DNA of 30,491 bases. Origin: a virus. Lineage: Duplodnaviria; Caudoviricetes. The notes under the pieces were generated by a model. It had not been told where the DNA came from. It saw only the letters and a list, made by a program, of their open reading frames with translations, and searched no databases. The position numbers were made by a program, and so were the translations under genes. Location: positions 1 through 30,491 of the IMG/VR virus record IMGVR_UViG_3300020234_000047, one strand, 5' to 3'. Below are positions 1-8,060 of this stretch, one piece after another (the first letter of the stretch is position 1; each line of letters starts with the position of its first letter).

Positions 1-1
1 A

Positions 2-2353
2 AGTGCATTTGGATTAGACGCAACCTTCGTCACAGTGACGGCGAATGCAATCCTACCGAACGAACGGATCCTCACTGCGGGAAGTAACATCAGCATCATT
101 GATGGTGGAGCAGGTCTGCCAATTACGATCAGCGTCACTGGTCTTGCATTAGCCAGTCTCAGTGATGTCGATCTAACGGGACAGGCAACGGGCGACCTTC
201 TGTTCAATGTCGATGGTGTCAATTGGGAAGATACGGCAGGTGATCTTCGGATCGATATTGGGCAGTTCGAACTCCAGAGTAATTACTCCTACGTTGCTAA
301 TGCTGGCATGTTCTTCCGAAATGCTAACGGTGACGTCTTCCTTGACAACGTTCTTCTTGGTGGAGGTCTGTTCCAGTACACCGTCGCAGTTGGAGGCAAC
401 GATGGCATCCGAATTCGTGACAATGGTTTGGCTTTGTTCGGCATGTCCGGTGGCACTCAGCGCACGACGCTGCAGTCCGGTGAGGAAGTGGACATCATCC
501 GCAACGGAGTTGATCAGGTCGTGCTTACACTTGCTCCTGCAGCAGGTGGGCTGTCGGTTAATAACACACTGACCGGCGCTGGACTGGAGCGTGTTCTGAC
601 TGTAGGTGATCTCGGTGGAGGAAGCCCTAACATCGACACGTTCAACTACCAGTTCGATACAGACCTCGATGCGTTTAACGATCCGGGCGCAGGCTTCATT
701 AGATTTAATAACGCGACGCCCTCGGTATCGACCATCATGGCTATCAGCACAACGGATGCTGATGGTAACGATCTCGATCCAGATGTGACGCGGTGGGGAA
801 TCTCTGAGATCATCACGATCCGCGATCCGGCAGACTCAACGCGGTTTGTGAGGTACGTGCGAAATGCCGGTGCCATTATTGATGGCGGAACTTGGTTCCG
901 TTTCCCGGTTCTACACATTACGGGCGACACTTACCCCACCGATAATGCTGATATCACGACGCAGCTTCGGGCTGTACCTCAGTTGGATGGTGGCAATGTT
1001 TTAACTGGCACCATCTTGGTATGGAATCAAACGGACGGTCGCTACGAGGCAATTGACAACAACTGGAGACTGACGACAAGTGGGGGTACCTCGCAACTTG
1101 GCACCAATCAAAACCTGCGATTGCAAAGTTCTTTTAGGGTTGAGATAGATCAGCCGTTTTATATGTTTGAGCGGGCCGCTGCTAATACGGACTTCGCAGG
1201 CTTCGGTCAGTTCTGGGTGCGCGACACTCTGGACGGTGAACCGATGTTCACCGATGACCAAGGCGTCGATAGCGTACTGAATGCAGCAGGAGCCATCCCT
1301 GACCCACTGATCATTTCTTCGATCAACGCCACGAGTGCAGGATCAGTTAGCGACACTGGTACTCCGTACACGAACGTCGGTTTGAATATTGGTCCGAACT
1401 TGACCGGTACTCAAGGGATGCTGCAGATCAATAGGCAGAACATTCAGACGCGTCCATCTGCGTTCGGCTTCAACGCTACATTATTTATCAACATCAACGG
1501 TGCCGGTACTGCTGGTGGTAACGTCATCATCGGTGGTCTGAACGGTGCACAAGTCGAAGTAGACTTCGGTGTCGCGGTCAGATTCCAACACGCTCAGTCG
1601 GGTACGGTCGTAGCCGAAACTACTTCAGCAGCATCGGGTGGCTTCCTCGCTAACAACCAAGCGACTGGCGCAGGCCTCGAACGGGTACTGACCACTGCTG
1701 ATCTTGGTGGTGGCGTAACGAACCCGATGACATCCGACCTCGATGGCGACGGCTTCAACTTCGACGACATGGGCGTGATGTTCATGCGTGAACAAGCGAC
1801 AGCTGATGGTGACGTCGGTACGCAGGGTCAGCTCTGGGTCAGGACGGATGCGTTCTCGAACACGTTGATGTTCACGAATGATAACGGTAACGACATAGAG
1901 GTGGCTGGTCTCCCGTTATGTGGAGACGCAGTACCGGGGACACAAGTTCTCGCTTCGACAGTCTTCGCAGGTGTCGTGAACATCGGGCCGAACATCAACC
2001 ACCTCTATCGAATTGTAATCACAGGAGAAGTTACAACCCCCGATGCTGCGGATGACGTCAAACTGGAGCTGACGGTTGACACCCTCTCAGTTTTCAAAGG
2101 ACTCTACACAGACTCCAATGGTCAGACCGCTGCGATTGAGAGCGTCACGGGTGAAGTAATCACGAACACCATCGTAGCGGATACGGATGGCAGTTCTTCT
2201 CCAAATGGTGTTTATTTTCAAATCATAGGGATGTTAGACACAGGTGGTAGCGCGCAAACATTCTCTCTACGCGCAGCGAAGAACGCTAACGGTGGAGGGG
2301 ATGGAGGGATCCATGGAGTGGGTATGTCAGTCCAAGAGATAGTTGAATCATAA
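2..2353 (+). CDS. Tail fibre / receptor-binding protein (5' truncated by the window edge)
   Basis: The frame is open from nt 2 (SAFGLDATFVTVTANAILPNERILTAG...), so the GTG at 35 is probably internal. G/T/N/D-rich beta-type composition, internal repeated modules, and a motif shared with the 5281-7683 fibre. Confidence 0.75.
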   Translation, partial: SAFGLDATFVTVTANAILPNERILTAGSNISIIDGGAGLPITISVTGLALASLSDVDLTGQATGDLLFNVDGVNWEDTAGDLRIDIGQFELQSNYSYVANAGMFFRNANGDVFLDNVLLGGGLFQYTVAVGGNDGIRIRDNGLALFGMSGGTQRTTLQSGEEVDIIRNGVDQVVLTLAPAAGGLSVNNTLTGAGLERVLTVGDLGGGSPNIDTFNYQFDTDLDAFNDPGAGFIRFNNATPSVSTIMAISTTDADGNDLDPDVTRWGISEIITIRDPADSTRFVRYVRNAGAIIDGGTWFRFPVLHITGDTYPTDNADITTQLRAVPQLDGGNVLTGTILVWNQTDGRYEAIDNNWRLTTSGGTSQLGTNQNLRLQSSFRVEIDQPFYMFERAAANTDFAGFGQFWVRDTLDGEPMFTDDQGVDSVLNAAGAIPDPLIISSINATSAGSVSDTGTPYTNVGLNIGPNLTGTQGMLQINRQNIQTRPSAFGFNATLFININGAGTAGGNVIIGGLNGAQVEVDFGVAVRFQHAQSGTVVAETTSAASGGFLANNQATGAGLERVLTTADLGGGVTNPMTSDLDGDGFNFDDMGVMFMREQATADGDVGTQGQLWVRTDAFSNTLMFTNDNGNDIEVAGLPLCGDAVPGTQVLASTVFAGVVNIGPNINHLYRIVITGEVTTPDAADDVKLELTVDTLSVFKGLYTDSNGQTAAIESVTGEVITNTIVADTDGSSSPNGVYFQIIGMLDTGGSAQTFSLRAAKNANGGGDGGIHGVGMSVQEIVES

Positions 2354-2385
2354 CGGCGAAAGCCACAATTGAAGAGGAAAGAAAA

Positions 2386-2703
2386 ATGGCAAAGCAAGAA
2401 GTAACAGCAGTACAGGTTCAGATGGCAGCGGCTGCGGGTGTGAAACTCCTGCAGGTCGATGATCTTCCCGTGCCCATGAGCATCGCAAAGTCCGGTGCCT
2501 TGAGTATCCTCGAAGGGATGCTGCAGGCACTGGCAAACGGTGAAGTAATACTGTCACCACCAGCTCCGCAAAATATTGGAGGAGGTGACCCAAAACCCCC
2601 CATGGCTCCCGTGGAAACCCAACCCCAAGGGGACCAAGGCCAAAACGGGGAAGAGGGAAAGGCCGCAAACGAAACCGGAAGCGAAAAAGTAGCTGAAGGT
2701 TAA
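2386..2703 (+). CDS. Hypothetical protein (105 aa, disordered acidic C-terminus)
   Basis: ATG preceded by GAGG; fills the gap between the fibre and the lysis genes on the operon strand. Confidence 0.7.
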   Translation: MAKQEVTAVQVQMAAAAGVKLLQVDDLPVPMSIAKSGALSILEGMLQALANGEVILSPPAPQNIGGGDPKPPMAPVETQPQGDQGQNGEEGKAANETGSEKVAEG

Positions 2704-2714
2704 GAGGTAAGGAA

Positions 2715-3086
2715 ATGGCAAGCAAGCAAGAGATCAAGGAGCGCGGGATTCGCATTGGTGTGAATCAGCTCGTGACGTATGCGACGCTCGTGCCGATCTT
2801 CTGGTTCATCGTACAGCCTATTTTGGTGAGTGCGTTGGCGGAAGAGATGCAGGAATCGATTAAGCAGACCGTCGCAGCTGAGGTCGCTCCTATCAGCCTT
2901 GCGTTCGTTGCTCTCTTGCAGCGGGACATCAACGCCACGAGGAAAGACATCGCGGCGTTGAAGTTCCGTCAACGTCAGGTTACGGATTGGACTGTAGATG
3001 ACGCGGAATACTTAGCTGATTTAGAAATACAACTGGACGCACTGGAAGAAGCGAAGGATGCGCTGCAGGCGAACAACACAACATGA
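2715..3086 (+). CDS. Membrane protein with one N-terminal TM and a C-terminal coiled coil (i-spanin-like or single-TM holin)
   Basis: Hydrophobic LVTYATLVPIFWFIVQPILVSALA followed by heptad-like LADLEIQLDALEEAKDALQ; overlaps the endolysin start (ATGA); RBS-like GAGG/AAGGA. Confidence 0.55.
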   Translation: MASKQEIKERGIRIGVNQLVTYATLVPIFWFIVQPILVSALAEEMQESIKQTVAAEVAPISLAFVALLQRDINATRKDIAALKFRQRQVTDWTVDDAEYLADLEIQLDALEEAKDALQANNTT

Positions 3087-3541
3087 TTGACCGCGAACAA
3101 TTTATTGACCTAATTATCGAGCCGACTCTCGAAGATCTGGGCCTGTACTCGACAGCAGCTTCCGAGCTGGTGCTGGGCACATGTCTTCAAGAGTCGAGAC
3201 TTGTTTACATCAAGCAACTGGGCAGCGGTCCAGCGTTGGGCGTGTGCCAGATGGAACCCGCAACGCATGATGACATCTGGAATAACTACCTGCAGTACCG
3301 TGACAGGCTAGCGGCAGCTGTGTCTGAGATCGGAGGTCCGGATTCGCGAGAGCTGATCTGGAATTTGAAGTACGCAGTTGCGATGTGTCGTGTGCATTAC
3401 AGGCGTGTGCGCGCTCCACTTCCACAAGCAGGTGACCTGAAAAAACAGGCCGCTTACTGGAAGGAACATTACAACACAGATCTCGGACGTGGCACGACGG
3501 ACGAGTACATCAACAGCTGGAGAAAAGGTCATGAACGTTAA
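3083..3541 (+). CDS. Endolysin, lysozyme-like / lytic transglycosylase fold
   Basis: LVLGTCLQES (catalytic ES) ... GPALGVCQMEPATHDD ... AMCRVHY ... YWKEHYNT, a pattern typical of a phage transglycosylase-type endolysin family; flanked by membrane proteins. Confidence 0.85.
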   Translation: MIDREQFIDLIIEPTLEDLGLYSTAASELVLGTCLQESRLVYIKQLGSGPALGVCQMEPATHDDIWNNYLQYRDRLAAAVSEIGGPDSRELIWNLKYAVAMCRVHYRRVRAPLPQAGDLKKQAAYWKEHYNTDLGRGTTDEYINSWRKGHER

Positions 3542-3761
3542 CACTCTCACAGGGGCACTCATTGCAGCGCTGATTCTTTTTGGATCAAGCGTCGTAACGC
3601 TGTTCACTAGCAATCCAGATCTGACGTTTGCCGATCTAACAACGGCAACGTGGGTCTCTATCGTGGGTGGTGCAGCAATTGCATTCTTCAAAGACTACCA
3701 AGCGCTCACGGTGCGGCGCACGGTGAACAAATTCTCAGGCACCGGAGATGGAGGTATCTAG
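3531..3761 (+). CDS. Holin (two TM segments, 76 aa)
   Basis: ATG at 3531 with GGAG/AAAGG upstream (more plausible than 3489); TMs LTGALIAALILFGSSVVTLF and TWVSIVGGAAIAFF; basic C-tail; directly after the endolysin. Confidence 0.7.
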   Translation: MNVNTLTGALIAALILFGSSVVTLFTSNPDLTFADLTTATWVSIVGGAAIAFFKDYQALTVRRTVNKFSGTGDGGI

Positions 3762-3762
3762 T

Positions 3763-4173
3763 ATGAGGAAACTCGACTACCGCTACGCATGGTTGATGCT
3801 CTGGCTCTTTGCTCTTGCAGGGTGTCAGTCTGCTAATCCCATTGCGGCAGCGGAAACACCAGAGCAGCGAGCTTATGCTGCCTACGGCACATTCGTCATT
3901 GCACAGGAAACAGCTGCCGATCTTGTCGAGCAGGACACGATCCCGCGCGGTGTGCGATTGCGCATCATTCAGGCAGAGGAGCGAGCGAAACCAGTAGCTG
4001 AAAGTTTGCTGGATGCTTATATAGATTTCCTAATTGTAAAAGCGGAATTCAATGCCGGTACGACGAGCGAACAGCGCTTGGCTATCGCGGCAGAGAGTCT
4101 CGATGATTGGGTCACGCAGCTCGCCCCTTTGATCAACGAACTACTTCGTAACCTTAGAGGAGCACGAGAATAA
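3763..4173 (+). CDS. Lipoprotein, o-spanin-like
   Basis: ATG at 3763 after GGAGG; signal peptide MRKLDYRYAWLMLWLFA plus lipobox LAG-C; helical mature region; lies in the lysis cassette. Confidence 0.7.
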   Translation: MRKLDYRYAWLMLWLFALAGCQSANPIAAAETPEQRAYAAYGTFVIAQETAADLVEQDTIPRGVRLRIIQAEERAKPVAESLLDAYIDFLIVKAEFNAGTTSEQRLAIAAESLDDWVTQLAPLINELLRNLRGARE

Positions 4174-4622
4174 TGGATCCACTTACACTCGCCATTATGG
4201 CAATCAACGGTCTTCGTACCGTGCTGGTCAACCCTGCGTTAGGGGGTGGAAGCAGCGCGACAATGGGACAAGCCTCTGAGCTTCTCGGCATCCTCGGCAC
4301 GTTGCTGAAGGAAGGTGATGAAGCAATCGAGGACCTCAAGGTTTTCACTGAGACCATCGAATCGATGGCTGCTCAGGGGAGAGCACCTAACACGACAGAG
4401 TGGGACGTGTTGCGTACCCGATCTGCCGATGCGCATGCGCGTTTGCAAGCTGCGAAGGCTGCACTTCTCGGTGAAGAAGAACCTGAGCCAGAGCCCGAAC
4501 CTGAGCCCGAGCCGGAACCGGAACCTGTACCGGAACCCGAGCCCGAGCCACCCGCAGAGGAAACGCCGACTGAAGAGCCGGTCGATCCGCCTGAAGAAGA
4601 AGATCCACCCGTAACAGGGTGA
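4173..4622 (+). CDS. Hypothetical lysis-cassette protein with amphipathic N-terminus and (EP)n acidic tail
   Basis: TAATG coupling to the lipoprotein, RBS GAGGAG; C-terminal Glu-Pro repeat. Confidence 0.7.
   Translation: MDPLTLAIMAINGLRTVLVNPALGGGSSATMGQASELLGILGTLLKEGDEAIEDLKVFTETIESMAAQGRAPNTTEWDVLRTRSADAHARLQAAKAALLGEEEPEPEPEPEPEPEPEPVPEPEPEPPAEETPTEEPVDPPEEEDPPVTG
4479..4553 (+). repeat. Coding 6-bp imperfect tandem repeat (GARCCN)n encoding (EP)~12
   Basis: gaacctgagccagagcccgaacctgagcccgagccggaaccggaacctgtaccggaacccgagcccgagcca seen directly. Confidence 0.9.
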
Positions 4623-4636
4623 CATAGGAGTAGCCC

Positions 4637-5281
4637 ATGGCTGTCTCGATGACATTCGACTCGCTCTTGAAAGATCTCCGTGCATATCTGGAGCGAGGCA
4701 CGAGCGTGGATCAGACTGTGTTCGACCAGCTCCCGAGCTTAATTAACCTTGCAGAACGGGAGCTGGCGAACCGACTGAAGATCCTTGGATTCGTGGCTGT
4801 AGTCACGGATACGCTTGGCATTGGACAGTCCGTGGTGCCGAAGCCTGATCGCTGGCGCGACACTATCAGCATCAACTTCGGAGTCGGAGCGACACAGGTA
4901 CGCACCCCACTGTTCGCCCGAAGCTACGAGTACGCACGACGTTATTGGCCGGATGAAGACTTGACTGCTCAGCCGAAATTTTACGCTGATTACGATTACT
5001 TCAACTGGCTGTTCGTGCCCTCAGCCGACTTCGCATATCCATTCGAGGTCAACTATTGGGAGTTGCCTGCACTTCTGGATGCCACCAACCAAACGAACTG
5101 GACGACGGACTTTGCCCCGAACTCCTTGCTTCATGGCGCGCTCCTGCAGGCAACTCCATTTTTAAAGAACGACGAACGCATTCCCATTTGGGAAGCGATT
5201 TACGAAAAGGACGTTGCGATTCTTGAAGGGCAAGACATCAAACGCATCGTTGATAGAAATGTTACTAGGGATACAGTCTGA
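4637..5281 (+). CDS. Head-tail adaptor / tail tubular protein A (SU10 adaptor-like)
   Basis: RBS AGGAG; 214 aa with motifs LPSLINLAEREL, PKFYADYD, TNWTTDFAPNSLLHGALLQATPFLKNDERIPIW, as recalled for podovirus adaptors. Confidence 0.75.
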   Translation: MAVSMTFDSLLKDLRAYLERGTSVDQTVFDQLPSLINLAERELANRLKILGFVAVVTDTLGIGQSVVPKPDRWRDTISINFGVGATQVRTPLFARSYEYARRYWPDEDLTAQPKFYADYDYFNWLFVPSADFAYPFEVNYWELPALLDATNQTNWTTDFAPNSLLHGALLQATPFLKNDERIPIWEAIYEKDVAILEGQDIKRIVDRNVTRDTV

Positions 5282-7683
5282 TGACATACACCGACGTATT
5301 TGGCGGCAACTTGATCTTCCCATCGAGGGTCAGTTATCTAGCACTCGAAACAGCTATTGATCTCACCTTACAGTGGCCGACTGAGCAGCAGATCACAGGC
5401 GACAATGTTGTTGCAGACATCATCGACACCAATACCACGGCTCCCGCACTCAACATCGACATGCCTGATTCGAGGAACACAGGGCTAGGTAACAAAGCGA
5501 CGTTCAACAACGTTGGTGGGAACACATTCACTGTGCGTGATAACACAGGCGGCACGATTCAATCGGTGCAGCCGGGTGAGCAGTGGATCATTGTTCTGAC
5601 GGATAACTCAACGCAGGCAGGCTTGTGGACCACGTTCCTCTTGGGCGGCAATGCAGCTACTCCGGCGTCTGCTTCTGTACTGGCAGGTGACGGACTCAGA
5701 GCTAACGGTGCGATGCTCGATCAGATCATTGATTCGGACGTTGAATCTTCGACACCTTTCACCGTGGTTGAGGGTGACAGGGCGAAGTGTCTGATCTACA
5801 CCGCAGGTGCAGGCACATGTAACTTGCCGTCGCCGGGAGCGGTCGGCAACAGCTTCTTCTTCATGCTGCGTAACTCAGGCAGCGGTACGCTCAACATCGT
5901 ACCTCCGTCTGGTGACATCGATGGTGGTTCGAGCATTAATCTCGATCCGAATGATTCGTGTTTCATCTTCACCGATGGCGTTGACTTCTTCACCATTGGA
6001 CTCACCCTCGCTTCGACTATTGCATTCGACTTCGTGTCGCTTGCGGTACCGGGCTCTGGTGACTTCGTGCTCTCTGGTGCGAACCTCAACAGGATTGCGT
6101 ATCGCTTCACGGGCGCACTGACGGGTAACCGACGCATCGTCGTGCCGACCACGACGCAGCAGTACTGGGCGGACAACCAGACGACAAATGCGTTCACGCT
6201 GGAAGTCAGCACAGCTGCGGGTGCAGGAATATTCGTCCCGCAAGGGCAGAGTGTAATTCTTTATTGCGACGCTACCGACGTGGTCAATGCGACGTCATCC
6301 ACCAGTGTGGCGTTCCCAATCACCATTGGTCAGGGTGGTACCGGTGCGACGACAGCAGCCGGTGCACGCATCAACTTGAACGCTGCTTTCGACGGCATCC
6401 TGATCGAGACACAAGCAGATTCTGGTCTGGCTGGTGGAAGTGACCTCACAGCTAACGTGGTACTCCTGCTCGACGTTGATAACTTAGTTGCAGAATCAAG
6501 CATCGATACCGCAGCAGATTTCCTTGCTGTCTTTGATGCTGATGCTGGCGCAATGCGTAAGTTCCTCATTGATGATGTGGTGCCATCTCCAGATAGTCTC
6601 ATTGATAGCGGAAGCAACGTCCGAGCATTCGCTGCTACCAGCGGTGTGTTGCAGTTGCGCAGTGATGCGAACGGAGACGCACTGATTCGTCGTCTTAATT
6701 TCACGCATCAAGATGGCACGATTGCATTGTTCATTGGTCAGACGTCCTTCTCGGAAGAGATGTTCATCTCCAACAACATCAACAATGCCGACGCGGACAT
6801 GATCTTCACGACGGCAAATGCAAATGCAATCTTCGACTTCCGACCGAACAGTGTGCAAGCATTCCACATCCTCGCGAGCGGTCCTGTTGTGAAGGGTCCA
6901 GCAGATAACACTGCGCAGCTCCGCTTCGGTCAATCAGGTGCATCCCCAACAATCCGTGCCACCGTGGGTTATCGCGGCAGCAATAACTTTGACATCGACA
7001 ACGGCATCATCAGCGGTGAGATTCATTTCTTTGCTACCGACAGTGGTAGTTCCGAGAGATTGATGTGCGAGATGAATCCGAATGCGGACGTCAAGTTCTA
7101 TCACAACCCCGGTGGGGGTGCCATCGAAGTTGCACGCACGTTGGATGATGGAGACGGTGGCTTCGAAGTTAACAACCTGCAGACCGGCGCAGGCTTCGAG
7201 CGTGTACTGACCGAGAGTGATACGCCTAACGTCGTACAAGAGGTGAAGACAGCCAATGAAGCTGTCGTTGCTTCAACCACTTACCAGAATGACAATCACT
7301 TGATCAACATGGACTTGGTAGTCGGTCGTTGGGGTATTTCTGGATTCTTCGAGTACGCAGTCTCTACCGCGTCAGCCGGTTTCAAATTTCGATTTACAAG
7401 AACGGGGGGTGCCTTCTCGGGTTCTCCGTACATGTTTACTTACCGAGCAGACACCGGAGCGAGTCCATCCAATGCTGACACGTACTTCACAACCCTGAGC
7501 GGCGTAATAGGAGCATTGATCACTACTCTGCAGACTGGAGAGGGAGTTGGTTTCCTCAACGGGAACACCGAGATCATCACGAGTACGCTTACTTTGACCA
7601 CTCAGTGGGCACAGGTCGTTGCAACAGGTACGACAACGTTTGGTGAAAACAGCTGGCTTCGATTCACCCGGACGGATACATAA
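5281..7683 (+). CDS. Tail fibre / tail appendage protein (800 aa)
   Basis: Follows the adaptor (TGATG overlap); contains fibre-type motifs (FTGALTGNRRIVVP, ITIGQGGTGATTAAGARINL) and the NNxxTGAGxERVLT junction shared with the first ORF. Confidence 0.75.
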   Translation: MTYTDVFGGNLIFPSRVSYLALETAIDLTLQWPTEQQITGDNVVADIIDTNTTAPALNIDMPDSRNTGLGNKATFNNVGGNTFTVRDNTGGTIQSVQPGEQWIIVLTDNSTQAGLWTTFLLGGNAATPASASVLAGDGLRANGAMLDQIIDSDVESSTPFTVVEGDRAKCLIYTAGAGTCNLPSPGAVGNSFFFMLRNSGSGTLNIVPPSGDIDGGSSINLDPNDSCFIFTDGVDFFTIGLTLASTIAFDFVSLAVPGSGDFVLSGANLNRIAYRFTGALTGNRRIVVPTTTQQYWADNQTTNAFTLEVSTAAGAGIFVPQGQSVILYCDATDVVNATSSTSVAFPITIGQGGTGATTAAGARINLNAAFDGILIETQADSGLAGGSDLTANVVLLLDVDNLVAESSIDTAADFLAVFDADAGAMRKFLIDDVVPSPDSLIDSGSNVRAFAATSGVLQLRSDANGDALIRRLNFTHQDGTIALFIGQTSFSEEMFISNNINNADADMIFTTANANAIFDFRPNSVQAFHILASGPVVKGPADNTAQLRFGQSGASPTIRATVGYRGSNNFDIDNGIISGEIHFFATDSGSSERLMCEMNPNADVKFYHNPGGGAIEVARTLDDGDGGFEVNNLQTGAGFERVLTESDTPNVVQEVKTANEAVVASTTYQNDNHLINMDLVVGRWGISGFFEYAVSTASAGFKFRFTRTGGAFSGSPYMFTYRADTGASPSNADTYFTTLSGVIGALITTLQTGEGVGFLNGNTEIITSTLTLTTQWAQVVATGTTTFGENSWLRFTRTDT

Positions 7684-8060
7684 TGTTTGAGATCGTACAG
7701 TCGCTGCCCAAAGGTATCTCGATAGAGGTACGGGAGACTATGGAACTCGCTCTCGACACGGCTGCGATCAAGTTGAAGAAAGGGATCACCATCGAACCGT
7801 GGTTCACGAATGAATTTACTACGAAGCACGTCAAAGAAATGGTTCCGATGCAACACGTCGGACCTCAAGGGTGCGAATTGATTGCGTTGTTCTATGACCA
7901 TTGGCCTGAGGACGGTGAAGTGTTGGTTGCTTACCACGCGAAGCTGTTGGACAACACGAATCCAGATCCGTTGCAGTTGTTTACTTGCGATACGTGCAAG
8001 CTGCTGATCAAAGATTCGAATGAACTGCGTGCCCTGCGACCGGAAGAGTATCGTGGCTGA
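7683..8060 (+). CDS. Hypothetical protein (125 aa), possible fibre assembly factor
   Basis: TAATG coupling to the fibre gene; fills the gap to the next gene. Function is inferred from position only. Confidence 0.6.
   Translation: MFEIVQSLPKGISIEVRETMELALDTAAIKLKKGITIEPWFTNEFTTKHVKEMVPMQHVGPQGCELIALFYDHWPEDGEVLVAYHAKLLDNTNPDPLQLFTCDTCKLLIKDSNELRALRPEEYRG

Noticed and set aside
4479-4553. EP repeat (and the poly-Glu tract at ~23290-23365) as a phase-variable or non-coding repeat
   Set aside because: In-frame with varied synonymous codons; these are protein-level low-complexity linkers.
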